DNA of 64,000 nucleotides from Prorocentrum cordatum (GCA_963575745.1 CAUYUJ010000181.1:248001-312000), one strand, 5' to 3'; positions 13,958-27,300 are shown, counted from the first letter of the stretch. Made by a program: numbers and translations. The notes: generated from the letters alone by a model not told the origin.

Positions 13958-14017
<60 letters not shown>

Positions 14018-14182
14018 GATCATCATCATCATTCATCAGCATCATCATCAGCATCATCATCAGTATCAGTATCAGTATCAGTATCAGTATCAGTAGTATC
14101 AGTATCAGTCAGTATCAGTAGTATCAGTACCAGTACCAGTATCAGTATCAGTATCAGTATCAGTATCAGTATCATTATCAGT

Positions 14183-14222
<40 letters not shown>

Positions 14223-14310
14223 GCATCATCCCCCTCCTCCTCCGCCTCCTCCCTTCTCCTTCTCCTCCTCCTCCTCCTCCCTCCTCCTCCCTCCTCCTCC
14301 TCCCGCTTCC
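13335..14310. repeat. Compound microsatellite (CCT)n-(CAT)n-(CAGTAT)n-(CCT)n
   Basis: Visible directly. Confidence 0.95.
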
Positions 14311-14425
14311 CCCCCCTTTTCTCGCGTCCAGAAAAACCGCTGGGCGAGGGCGCTTCCTCGGCGGCCCGCGAGCGGGAACGGCGCACGAAAAGCACGGATA
14401 CCCTCCAGGCTCTGGGAGTTGAGCA

Positions 14426-14575
14426 GTAGGTCGGGCATGTCCTCCTGCAGGCGGATCTGGGACGAAGAATCAAAAATTGCCAGAAAGTCTTAGAATAGGC
14501 AGAAAACCGTCCCCATAGTAATCAGGTTTAGCTATTTTTGAATATCCCTCCTGTAGAGGGGCACGCCCGACTGAA
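14426..14575. mobile_element. Non-autonomous TIR element, family B (short copy), 8-bp TSD
   Basis: Ends gtcgggcatgtcctcctgcagg / cctgtagaggggcacgcccgac. Flanks gttgagca (14418-25) and gctgagca (14576-83). Confidence 0.7.
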
Positions 14576-14685
14576 GCTGAGCAGGGGCCGACCGTCCCGG
14601 CATCCATATAGGCTTGCCACGGCAGTTGTTTAGAACCCAAGCCTGTCCGCAGAGGAAAGTCATGTTCTAGAAGAAGATCAAGCTA

Positions 14686-14853
14686 CATAAACATAAACTT
14701 TTCGCGCTCCGAGCGGCTTTCTTGGATCTGCGCTGGACATCGCCCCCTGGGGCGCGGAGCGCGCCAGGGGCGGCGCCGGAGGCGCCGCGGGGGGGGGGGG
14801 GCCAGGCGCGGATCCAAGAAATCCGCGCGGAGCACCAAAAGTTTATGTTCATG
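14686..14853. mobile_element. MITE-like palindrome, family A copy 2 (opposite orientation)
   Basis: cataaacataaacttt...aaagtttatgttcatg arms; the core closely matches the reverse complement of the core at about 11398-11447. Confidence 0.75.
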
Positions 14854-15415
14854 GCGTTTGTTTCTTTTCCGATGTTCTCAAAACAAATGCACGATGTGTC
14901 AAAACAAGGCAGCCCCGGCCAGAAGCGTTCTGAAAACGTTGCGTGCAGACCACGACAGGCTTCTGAGAACATCCTTTGGTGGGCATGTCGGCAAGCCGGG
15001 ACACCCAGCCACTGCTTGACTAGAGACGAATTCTCGGACGGTGGAGGCTTTCGGGCACAGGAGCGGAGCACTCGCACGGCGGGCTCGCGACGCGATGATC
15101 TCGGCGCTGGCTTCCGACACTTCGCTGGTCGTGACCACCCTGGCCGATCGGCGCTCTCCGACGGTGGGGCTCGTTCAGTACCGGCCGAGCTCGGGCAGCT
15201 GGTGGAGCCCAACCTTGAGCACCCGCGCCAGCTTCGCCGCCGCGTCGACGCAGCGAGAGCCTACCGTAGTGGTCATGTGGCGCACCCGACCTAGAAGTCG
15301 AGAGAAGTCGAATCAGCTACCCCAAACGGCAAGAGCAGGCCCCGAAGTCAAGACAGCGCGGATGTGGTCGATCTGCTCCAGAAGACTAGGTGACGCACAT
15401 GATGTTCTCTAGTAG

Positions 15416-15446
<31 letters not shown>

Positions 15447-16214
15447 TCTCTCTCCGTCTATCGATACAGCTACTTGTAGTGTTGGCTGGCTACCGCTTAG
15501 CCGCAACACATTGTCCTTCAATAATGGGCAATATGCTGTGGCGAAGCAGGAGCCGGCCCAGGCCGACCGACAACATTTTCCTGACTTGGGGCGACAAAAC
15601 GGTGAACTCCGAGCCAAACATTCTCTCTCCCTCCCGTAAGGAGTTTCCCCTCCTACGACTCTTCCACCTCCTCCTCTTAGGACTCTTGCTGCTCCTACTC
15701 CTCCTCCTCGTCCTCCTCCTCCTCCTCCTCCTTCTCCTCCTCCTCCTCCTCCGCCTCCTCCTCCTCCTCCTCATTCTCCCTCTTCCTCGTGTATCTCGTC
15801 GGTATGCGCCGAGTGTTCCTCTGGAAGCTCCTTGGCGCCACTTTCGGCCATCGTGGGCTATCCGGGACTTTCGTGGGATCGTCCTGCTCCACAATTGAGA
15901 AAAGCCTCAGGATCCGTTTCCCTCAGGACCCACTTGCGCCATGGCGAGAAAGAATGGCCGGCGTCCGTTCCGGGCCTGTGCTGCCTGGCCAGACAGAGGG
16001 AGGGAGGATCAAGCCGACGGCGACGAGCGCGCAGGCGAGAGGCCCGGGCTGGCAGGACGAGGCGGGCAGGCGGGCAGGCGGGAAGGGACAGAGGGATCGG
16101 GGGGGAAGGGCGAACCGTAGAACCTCGTGGACACCCACGACAGGAGGAGCCATATACCCTTTCGGCCTGCGGCATTTCTCAAGCTGGATCGATCGTTCCG
16201 ATCCCCGGAACCCC

Positions 16215-16715
16215 TCATCCTCTTCCACTTCCCCCCCCTCCTCCTCCACCTCATCCTCCCCCTCCTCCTCCTCCCGCCTTCCCCTCCTCCTCCTCCTCCT
16301 CCTCCTCCTCCTTCTCCTCCTTCTCCTCCTCCTCCCTCTCCTCCTCCTCCTCCTCCTCCTCCTCCTCCTCCTCCTCTTCTTCTTCTTCTTCTTCTTCTTA
16401 TTCTTCCTCCTCCTCCTCTCCTCCTCTCCTGCTCCTGCTCCTCCTCCTCCTCCTCCTCCTCCTCCTCCTCCTCCCCTCCTCCTTTCTCCTCCTCCTCCTC
16501 CTCCTCCTCCTCCTCCTCCTCCTCCTCCTCCTCCCTCCTCCTCCTCCTCCTCCTCCTCCTCTCCTCCCTCCTCCTCCTCCTCCTCCTCCTCCTCCTCCTC
16601 CTCCTCCTCCTCCTCTCCTCCTCCTCCCTCCTCCTCCCTCCTCCTCCTCCTCCTCCTCCTCCTCCTCCTCCTCCTCCTCCTCCTCCTCCTCCTCCTCCTC
16701 CTCCTCCTCCTCTTC
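16215..16715. repeat. (CCT)n microsatellite
   Basis: Visible directly. Confidence 0.95.
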
Positions 16716-19318
16716 ATACGGGGGAAGAGGCGGGAAGAGGGGAAGGCATCCGCAGGCAGACGGCCTGAGTCTGCTCGCCTGTCCGCTGCTGGACGTTCAG
16801 AACGCGCCTGGCCGAGGCCGCGGCCCCGCGTGCCAGTGCGACCGTATCCTCGCAAGGCACTCGTGTGCCCGCGGGGTCTTGGGCAGGCCTCGCCCGCAGA
16901 TTGCAAGCGCACGCTACATCTCCGCATATTGCCACATCGCTGGAAGGTGGAGGAGGAGGAGGAGGAGGAGGAGGAGCAGGAGCAGGAGCAGGAGGAGGAG
17001 GAGGAGGGGTTCAAACTTGGTGGCTGGAAAAGAGGCGGCCTCGAAACGCCAACGCCGAACACAAACACCCCTGTAGGCTGGCGCGCGTAACGCAAAGCCG
17101 AAACGACAGGCATAAGCAAGGATGCTCCTGCCAGGTCCAGCTGAGAGGCGGCACGCATGACAGGGGCTGCCAGCCACGGCTAATCCCGTAGCTCTGGAAT
17201 CACCTGCGCGCCGTCAGAAAAAACGGCGGCGCAAATCGCAGTCCGAGGATGAGAGCGTCTTCGCGCCCGTGTCCTCGGTTCCGCCCAAAGAAAAGGCTCC
17301 GCCAGACGCCTCGGCGGCAGCATCGGAATTAACGCACAGATCAGCTGGAGGGCGACCTCGCTAGGAGGCTCAGCCGAAAGTGAACTGGCATCAATATTCA
17401 AATCGCTTCCCTCCCAGAGCGCCTCAACCGATGGAGGCTGCTCCAAAGCAACATCACACCCGCTGTGATGCTGCGCCGAAGCGGCCAAAGGCGCCTCAAC
17501 CGAAGGAGGCCGCTCAAAAGCTCCATCAGCGTCAACACACGTGCAAGAACAATGCGCTTCGGACGAACCCGCCTCTCCATCAGGAGGCGTCTCCAAAAGG
17601 GTCTGGGCGCAAAGGGCGCTGCCAGAACGAGCAGAGTGAGTCAAAACATCGTCGCAGCGAGCCTCAGAAGAAGGCTCAGCCAAATCAGATACCGAACAAT
17701 GCAAGTCAAATCCAAAGCGAGCCTCGACATATGGAGGCTCAGCCAAACACGCATCAGAAGAATGTGTTGTGAAGCCGTCAACAAGGCACAGAGGCGGCTC
17801 AGCCGAAACAAGCTCCTCCTCCTCCTCATCATCAGGTGGCTTTTCGGGCAAGTTGTTCTTCTTCTTCTTCTTCGGCTTCCGCTTCCGCCGTGCCCGAGCG
17901 CCAATGAAGAAACTAGCCACGGCTGTATCGGCCCCATGAACCCGATCAGCTGTGGTAGAATTCACCGGCTCGTGCACCTCGGCGGCCTCATCCAGCATCA
18001 GCGCCTCCTGGGATTGTTACCCCCACTTGTCATATGGTGGTTCCAGGGATGCAGAGGAAGAAAAAGCAACCGAAACTTCGGGATCATTCAGCTGACATTA
18101 CATAGTTTGCAGACGTGGCACGGCAGAGGTAGAGTTTGTCTGACGGCCCTATCGTATGAGACCCACAAGTGGCATCAGGATATTTGCATGCGGCTGCACT
18201 GAATGAGCACAGGGTGAGGGTGGAGGTCGAGGGATTGGGCTTGTCAGAAAGGGCAAGCGTGATAGTAGCATGGGAACTCGGGCATCGACCATAGCTAAAG
18301 ACAGCGTCAGACTTTGGAGGGGATTGATCTCAGGACATATGAAGCACGGGGGCCTGGAGCAATGTGGACGCACAGCGCCAGATAAACTAGCAACGTCGGC
18401 GACGAGCAGTGGGAGGCTGGAGCAATGGAGGGTCAAATGGGTAACGGAGGGGAGACGGAGGGATTGGCGAAGCATGGTGGTGAGCAAGAGCACGTTTGGG
18501 GTGGAGGGAATGGAGACGGAGAGAGAGGACAGGAGAGACGACGACACGTGAAAGGTCGGACGGACTACGAGGCGGCCACGGGAGGAGAGGCAAGGACCGA
18601 AGACAGAACAGTGGAGAGCGAATGAGCAGGATATGGAGAAAGGGAGGGGCACAGAAGAAGAGAAAGGAGGGAGCTTCAATCGACAACATCAACACCGGCA
18701 GCTGCAAGCCGCGAGCCTTCGGAGTGAAGACCTTCTCGAAATAAGCAGGGGGTTGGGGCGGGGCCGCAGACCCGCCGTTCGCGCGCCGTGCTGTCCCTCT
18801 CTCGCTCACGTTCGTTTCCTCTGACTCTCTCTCTCCCCCTCCCTCCCTACTGTGCCCCTCCAAGCCCATCCCCCCAAACGTCCTCGAGGATCACGCTTCC
18901 CTTTCACCCTCTCACCGTCAGGCCCCTCGAACTCATTCAGTCGAACCACCCCCTCGAAGATCTCAGCCAGCAGCCAGCGCAAGGGACGGACAGGATAGGA
19001 CGAGCAACGCGTGGGGGGTGCGTCTGATGAAAAGGCCGCCGACTATGAGCAAGACAGGTTTGGATGAGAAGGAGGCGGACGACGCCGACGACGATGGATG
19101 GAACTGAAACTGAGGATGGGTGCATGATGCTCGGGGGGTTGTGTTGCAAAGCGGCCTGGCCCCACCTGGCCACTGGTGTAACTCTGCCACTACGCTGCAA
19201 CGAGTGGCAGCATCACGCACTAAAGCAAGAGTTCGACGTGTTACCCCTTGGCCTCATCCCTTCATCCTCCTATATCCCTCCTGAGCCACCGCGCGTTGCG
19301 CGACCGACCCTGTCTGAC

Positions 19319-22300
19319 CTATTTGTTGGTGAGCGCCGACTTGGCCCACTTCTTCTTGCCGCTCCCCGACGGTGCCGTAGAAACGCTCGCAATGCTCACA
19401 ACATCCGTCGGAGGCTTGTTGACGGGGGCGCCAGCGAGTAGGTTCTTGAACTCGCCGAGGTGGCGGTTGAGGTTCTGCGGGAGGTTCTCGAGCTGCACGT
19501 TCAAGTTCACCTTCGCCCACTTCGTCGTCTGGTCGTAGTCGGCCAAGGTAGGCTTCCCACCAGTGGTCGTGACGAGGTGAACGAGTGCGATGGAAGCCGC
19601 CAACACCGCGCTCTTCTCCAAGATATCCTTGCGGTGGCTGATCATTGCCTGGAGCTCCTCGATCTCCTGCCTCTTGACGAGGTTGTGCCAATCAGCGCTC
19701 TTCACAACTGTGCCGATGATCTTCTCATTCGTGGGGAACTGGGCCACGGCGTTCGCGATCTGCTGCCCGAGCTGCTTCACCTTGGGGTCCGCGCCGCCAT
19801 TGAGCAAAGCCACGCCCGTGAAGTCCCACTTCTCGATGGCCACGTTGAGGTCGTTGGAGTAGTTGGCGACCCAATCGCCCTGCAAGCTTGAAATGAATGC
19901 CATCGCAGTCTTCTGCTGTGCAACGAGCGCATCCCACTCCTTGAGGCCCTGCTGGTAGACACGGTCGAACACTGCGTGCTTCTCGCAAGCAGATACAAAC
20001 TGAGTCAAAGCCCAGGACATGGAACTCAGCAAGTCGTTGACGTCAATGAGGCTAACGGAACGGCCCGCCTTCTGGCGCTCGTCTGCGCTTAAAACCCTAT
20101 CGAAGATCACCGCCAACTTCAAAACGTCAGCAGCTCCAGGAGGTAGGATGTCTTTCTTGATGGTCAGCAAGTTAGTGAGCGTTTTCATCCCTTGAGCGGG
20201 TGCCTTGTTCATGTACTCTACGAGCGTATCCCTGAAGCGGTCGCGCATGCTTCGCTCTGCCAGAATGTTCAAAAACAATAAAGCTGAAGGGGACTGTTGG
20301 AACGCGTATGGAAGAGGCCTCGAATGTAGAGCCAAGTTCTTCGCGTTCTCAGACTGTAAAGCCTCCGTCCATTTGTTGATCATCTCAGTGGGATCGGGCA
20401 GGATCTCCTTGTCTCTGGCCTCCGCAAGCTTGATCGTGACAGCGGGGTGGTTCGTGAGATGGAAGAGGACGCATGCTTCCTCAGCCGGCGGGCTGAAGCG
20501 CTCCAGGATCTTGAAGATGTGGTAGAACACGTTGGCCATGTCCCACTGGTCTGGCACTTCATCCTCGGGGGGCTGTTGCCTATCTGGTAGCTCTGGTGAG
20601 TAACCGCTCCCACTGTAGATGCCCTCCACAAGGTCCTTGAACGAGTCGGTGAGGTCGACGACCTCGCTGAACACCTTTAGCGACATCTCGATGAACTTCA
20701 CGCCCAGGCCAAACATATCTCGACCCTCCTGCGAATCAATAGTAGGCCCTCCCTGGCAGAAGACGTCGCCGAACTGCTTTGCCTCAGAAACACCGTCAGA
20801 GCATATCTCCACCAGTACCTCGTACGCCTCCTCGAGCCTGCCACCATCACCCCTCTGGATCATCTCCTCGACCCTCCCCGCGAACCTATTATGAGACATG
20901 TTCTCGCACTGCTTGGCATGCATCTCGCTCAAGTTCGCCATCGTGTCCCAGGCCTGCTTGCCATGCGTAGCATGAGATCCACCGAGAGATTTGAAATTCA
21001 CCTTCATTCTGGGGGAGGGCTTCGACGAATTCTTGAGTAATGCCATGGCCGCAAGTCGGGTAGAGTGCTGGATCGGCACGGACTCGCCTTGGAGGTCGAC
21101 GTTCCTCCTGGCGTCAACGACCTGGCCGACGATCGCCACGGCGCCCAAATCCACGGCTGCTTGGGGCGTCAGGCCACACACGAGCTGATCGCCCCAAGCG
21201 TCCACGTCAGCGATGTCCTCGATCAGCTTCGGGCAACGTTCTGAAATCGCCTTGGCGATGGCACCAATCGACGATTCGTCCGACAGCTTGAACACAACGT
21301 TCCATAAGGCCAAGACAATGGACACCTGAAGCTTCCCAGCCATCTCCCTCGCCCTGCTGGCCTCGCAAGACAAGCCCAACATGGACACGTTCAAGTGATT
21401 CTCCCCCAGCGCCGCCTCGTCGAACTGGGGCACATTCAAGATGCTGTTGATGTAATCCTTGTGGGCCCCGACCTTCTCCACCAACGCATGCAAGTTCATC
21501 GAGAGAGTCGTAGACATCAGGTCGTTGGGCGCAGACTTCAGCATGTCGAATAGTTTCGTCTCGATGGGCGAGGCGACAAACGAGGCAAACTCCTGTGGCT
21601 TACCGCCCACCTTGTCAAGTAGCTCCTGTCTGCACTCCAACTTGTCAGCCTCTGTGAAGATCCTGGCGGAGAGGTCAGTCGCCGAGTCGTTCCCAGCCGA
21701 ACCCCCCAGCTGCTTTACAAGCACGACGCAACTTAGATAAGAAAGATTGGAAATCCTTCTCGCGGTTGCGGTTCTCCCAGTGGTTCTCCCAAGCATATTT
21801 CTCTTCCACTTGTCGTAGCGCGAGCTCGCCTTTGTCGACCGTGGCCATGGCCCCCGTCCGCCTCGGCTTCTTAGATGCATCCGTTGGAGCGTCCACGCCA
21901 CCAGGTACATTGGCAGGCCTCTTCGCAGCCGCAGGCGTGGTAGGTGGCAGCGAGGCTGGCTTGGCAGCAAGGTCTGCCCCTGATCGACATGATGATCTGG
22001 CCGTCGAAACAACATCATCACATTCGTCGTCTTCAACTGTCGCCGTGAGGCGAGAAGCAAACCTGGCGCCCGAAGGCGCGGGGGCTCCAGCCTTGGCAGC
22101 TTCCTCGTCGGCCTTGCCAGTGATGCGCCTGCGGCCGAGGCCCATCTTCGTCGCGACGATGCCGTGTCTCTCATCAGCGCCCTCCTTCGACTCGTGCTTC
22201 TCCGTCTTCGACTTCTGGCTGGCCCTCTCCCTGCCGCGCTTGAATCGGCAAGCCCCGGACTCGGCGCCTGACACGTCGGACACCTCGATACCAAGCGCGC

Positions 22301-22972
22301 CGTCGTCGTCCTCGATCACCTTCTTACCCTTAGACTCGATCTGCTGAATCAGGTCGTCCTCATCCGAGTACTTCAGATTCCAGATCCTATGGGGAGCCCT
22401 CCTCCTCCTCCTCCTCCTCCTCCTCCTCCCCACCCTCCTTCCCTTGCTCCTTACCTCCTGCTCCTCCTCCTCATCGTCCACCTTCTCCTCCTCCTCCTCC
22501 TCCTTTCCCTCCTCCTCGTCCCCCATCGCGTCCTGGCAATGTAGTCTATCGGCTGGAAGACGCCAGAGTCGTAGTCCTGGTCGAACTGCTTGTCATTCTT
22601 CTGTGTCGTGCGCTCCACGTTCATGGTGTAGTTTCTCTCGTTGTGGCCTTCGCCAGAGACCACAGACCTACGACAGGTAGCAAACTTCTCAGCCATATCC
22701 TTGTCCTGCTTACGTAGCTCTCTCGCCTCGGCTAAAGTGACCTTCGTACCGTGGACCCTCCTGCGGGTCTTATGGCAATCGTAGCACTCGTCCCCCGCCA
22801 AAGAGGCCCCCTTTTTTGCATTGTTCCGTTTGTGCCACTCGAGGAATTTTCCATCGCCGTCGCGATCGGCATCGTGCGTCCACTGCTCACAGTCCACGCA
22901 GAACCTATTGTCGAACTCGAGCAGGGGATTCGTGTTCTTCCCCTTCTTGGCCTTGGACTTCTTAGGAGGCAT
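19319..22972 (-). CDS. Large (~1150 aa) unknown protein with N-terminal CxxC...CxxC zinc-binding motif; one 146-bp intron and one frameshift; possibly more 3' exons
   Basis: MPPKKSK...CVDC...CYDC (22533-22972). Removing GA..AG intron 22387-22532 joins it in frame to IWNLKYSDEDD... An extra G in the G6 run near 21705 links it to the ~790 aa complex ORF ending at 19319. Confidence 0.7.
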
Positions 22973-23486
22973 GATGCCGTCAAGAGTCTCTGCAGGCCGG
23001 AGTCAACATCAGCTTCGGTTGGAGGTTGACCCTCGAATCCTTTGGGCCAAAGCGGCAGCGGAGGGGAGGACGGTGGAGCGATGGGTGCAGTTGGCGTGAA
23101 AATGGAAGATGCGTTGTTGTTGCGTGACGTGCTACTCTGCTGATGCTTGGGCGTCGCGCTCTTGCTGCGCGATGCCTGGCACTTATGCTGCTTCCGACGT
23201 GCACGGAAAAAACGATCCGAATGACGACGACGACGAAGACGGCGATCTTCCTCCTCCTCCTCCTCCTCTCCCTTCCTTCCTCCTCCTTCTCCTCCTCTCT
23301 CTCCTTTCTCAGCTTAGCCCCCCCCCCCCCCCCCCCCCCCCCCCCGACAACGCCCGCAACAAAATGGCATGTGTTGCGGGTCCCCCTCCTTCCCTTCGTC
23401 TTCAGCCTTTTCCTCTTCCTCGTTCTCCTCCGTGTCCTCTCCTCCTCCTCCTCTTCTTCATCCTCCTCCTGCTCCTCCTCATCCCC

Positions 23487-23533
<47 letters not shown>

Positions 23534-24002
23534 TCCTCCTCTTCCTCCTCCTCCTCTTTCGTTTATGTGCCGTGTGTTGGTGTTCCGACTGATCAATGTT
23601 GCGTGTTGTTGTCGGTTGTTGTTGTGTTTTGCTGTAGTATCATGCTTGATGGCTCCTCTGATCCAAATCGTGATTGCGGCTTCTGCTGATGCGCTCCTGC
23701 GCGCTGCTGCGCACTGCTGCGCTGGCACGGCCTGGGGGCAAGTATGCGACGAGGAGGGGTGGACCATGAGAGAGATACCCTCTTCGGACCTGCCGACCGT
23801 TCACCTCGACTCTGATCGAGTGGCTGGACTTTCTCGCTCACGCGCGCCGCAGCCCTTGCTCCGACTCAGTCCTGGGGCCCTTAGGTCCAGCCCGCCCCCC
23901 GCAGACCAGGCCGCGCAGGGCGTGCCCAACGCGCGGGCACATCAACTCGCCTGCCCCCCCCCCCCCCCCCCCCCCATGCCGAAATCGAATCCCAGAGAGG
24001 CC

Positions 24003-24192
24003 CCAGGAAAGTTAAGAACACATTCCCAGAATCTAAGAACATAGTTAAAAACACATTCCGTTCTTAAATTTCGGCCCTGAAGTGTGCGAGGGGTGCCAAA
24101 AACAACAGCCCCAGGGAATTTAAGAACACATTCTGTTATTAAAAGTGTTCTTAAATGTGTTCTTAGATTTCGAATGTGTTCTTAGATCCTGG
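24003..24192. mobile_element. AT-rich MITE-like element built of direct and inverted taagaacacat motifs
   Basis: ccagga..taagaacacattc at the left end and gaatgtgttcttagatcctgg at the right end; about 7-8 motif copies in both orientations. Confidence 0.65.
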
Positions 24193-24332
24193 CGGCAGAG
24201 GCGCGGCCCTCCCAGAGTTTCCCCCGAAACTAGCATACCCCTCAGCGTGGGAATCCCGAAACGCCCTCAGATGGGCATTGATGTTTTCATCTTCGGGAGG
24301 GGGCCAGGCCTCTCAAAAGATCAAGTCAGAAA

Positions 24333-27300
24333 CTAACATAAGCCGATCTCTTCGGCAACCCTAACAAGAACAGGCCGCGCCTCAGGCGTCGACTCTATCA
24401 GCTCAGCAAGCACAGCCCGATCGCGTTCTCTATTTTCTTTAAGTGCTTTCACGAGGCACTGGGAGTGAATGTAACGTTCTGCATTGATCTTGGTACCTGG
24501 TAACCAGCGGTACCTGAATCGCCGGACGCCTTTGGGGATCTTCTCGTCGCACCATGGACACACGGAACGATTCGACAATGAGATGTGGCATTCGACTAGC
24601 CCGACGATGTCTTGATGATGCGGTGGAGGTTCTGGCGCCTTCACCTCCTCTGGCCCCTTGGGCCCCACTGGCCCCTAGAAGCGACGGAGACCGGGGTTGG
24701 GGGGGGGGGGGGGGCGACGGGCATGGGAATGAAGAGCGTTAGAGAAGGATAAGGGAGCGTGAGGGTAGACAATAACAAGAGAAATGAAAGCATGGGCAAC
24801 GAAAACGGATATAATACTGATGGCCCTCGTCTTTGTCCACTTGGTCCTGGTCTAAATCTTCAATTCCTGGAGATTCCTCCGAAGCCGCCTCGCCCTCTGA
24901 CTCCTCCTCGCCCCTCTATTTTAAGACCGCCTCCTCATCATCGGATACATCGCTGCCGATGTTGTCGTCGTATCGTGCTTTCTCTGGGGCTGGACGTTCT
25001 TTCGTCGGCTTCAGGGGGGCCCCAAAAAACGGAACTTTGAATGAAAGGTTGGGCATGCTTTTCTTGATTGGCTTCACAACGCTGATAAGGGGCACCGCTT
25101 GTTCGAAATTCGGCGTGACGTTCACAACGTATTCGCTCACGTCGCTCCTTCCAGAATGATTGTAGAATTGAACGTCCACGGACCCGATCTCACGAAGCGA
25201 AACCCCTCTCACGGCAGCAGCAGCAATCAAATATTTACGAATGGCCCCAAACGCAAGGATTGGACGCATCGGCTTAACGATGCCGACCATGTCAGACCCA
25301 TCGTACTCGTCTGTAAAGCATGCTGGAACGAGAGTGATCGACTCCCCCCTGTTGAAGACCTTTGCCAAAAAAAGAATCTCTCTGACATGCCTTCGATTGA
25401 AAGGCGGATGACGATGGGATACTTAATCAATTCTTTCTTGCCAGCCTGCCTCACTAGAAGCCTGCTCCTGTTTGCAGACATCAGATTGTACACGTTCTTA
25501 CAGAAGTTGATGCCTGGCTGCAGGAGGGGGTCTGCCCGACAAACCCCACCAAAACGAACGCAGCAGCACGTGAAGCAGGTCCTGGTCTCAGCTGGGTTGG
25601 GGGTTGGCGCCTCGTCCGTGGCGACGGCGGCGTTGGCCCGCCTCTCCATCTCGCCCTGGTTCCCCTCCAGTACCATGGCTTCCCTCAAGCCCGTGTCGAA
25701 GCAGTGGAGCTTCGAGCCACCTCCACTCCCTCTCTTGGGCGGGGGCTCATGTGGGCCCCTCCTGCCCCTTCCCCCTCCTCCCCTTCCCTCGCGTTCTCCT
25801 CATTCATCCTTCCCTCGCATCTTCCTCATCTTCCGCTCCTCTTCTCTTCTCCCTCGCCTCCTTCCGACTCCCTCCCTCTCCTCCCGCTCCTCCGCTCCGT
25901 CGTCGTCATCCACCCTCTCATCTCCTCCTCCTCCAGCTCATCTTCAACTCCCCCGTCCTCCTTCTCCTCATCCTTCTCTTCGGCCTCCTTGTTCTCCTCC
26001 TCATCCTCCTCCTTCCCTCCTCCTTGCCCTTAGCAGGAGGCCAGCTCAAAGCATGGACAGTAGTAAGAAGCAGCAGCACCGATGACGGAGGCGCAGGCGA
26101 GGATGAGGAATCAAAGGGCAGAGGGCGAGAAAGCTGAAGAAGAAACGGATGCAACAAAGAGCATCTCCAACAATCCAAAAACGAGTGAGCTGAACTTCTG
26201 GCAAGCGCGCACTCTCATTGCTATAGCAATATACCCACTCATGACGGCATGACCCCCCCACAAAACCAAAATATTGCCGGCCAGGGCGCGTCTTTCAATA
26301 GGCGATTGGTTTGAACCATGCTAGTTTTTCCGCCTTGCAAGCATGCCCCACGTCAAAGCCACGCATCATTCGCAACATTGCTGCGCAAACACATCATGGC
26401 TGCAACGTCGCACTCCCTCCAAATGCCCCCTCCCACCGTCCCAAGAATAATGATTCAATCTCTGAGAACTTCTGCCTCGCCCTTCGCATGCGATCAGTAT
26501 GCCTCCTCTGCCTCCCTGCAGCAAGTGGCGCGCCTCCCTGGGCAGCAGCGTCAATGCCGAGAGCCCTCTCCTCGTAACCTCGACGATCCTCGAGAGATAG
26601 CGCTCTCCAATCTGCCAGCACCCTCTGACGGCGCTCGCGGAAAGGCAATGCTGATGAATGTGTCCCGAACTTGTCTTTCACGAACAAGTCATAGGCTCGG
26701 GTCTTCCTGGGGCGTGACCTCGCAGCTGAGCCAGGATCTATGCTGGCCATCTGGTTGGCCTTGCGCTTCGAAGCCTTCCTGAAAGCGAACATCGGCAATG
26801 ACCTGAAGAACTCTGCCCGTGCAGCAGCGCCTCCAATCGCATCGGACAGCACTCGTTTCTGCAAGGCAAAATGGGATATCCTGACAGATCTGCAAAATGC
26901 ATGTTTAGACAACTGCCGTTTTGAAAATGCCCTGCCCCGCTTCCCTTTTGCTGGTCTGAACTGCTGGCCAATCACATGCTTCCGTTCGGCTTTCGTCGCG
27001 CCCACTGGCAATGCGCTGAGGATGTCTTTCGAATCAGAATGAGCTTGCTTCGCAACTGGCAGGGGGCCCTCCAACTTCGCCAACCATATCTTGGTAAAGT
27101 ATGGGTCCAAGCACTCTTCGCAATCTGTTGCAGCGTCCATCTCTCTCAAGCTCTGCGTTGTCCGTCTAACGATGTCCGCATTGAACTCCCACGACGTACA
27201 CGCATTGAATATCAATAGGTGGGGTCACACGTCGGCACCACAAGTCTGTAATACGCATCAGCAGCAGCACAGATCATCGCATCGCACACCTGTTGGCACA

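Noticed and set aside
11498..17158. Long poly-E/P/S/L/R/G ORFs (also at 237-3477, 34157-35519 and 53765-55094)
   Set aside because: Translations of stop-free trinucleotide microsatellites
17180..17998. 272 aa ORF with AEPP-type repeats
   Set aside because: Degenerate internal repeat; no domain evidence
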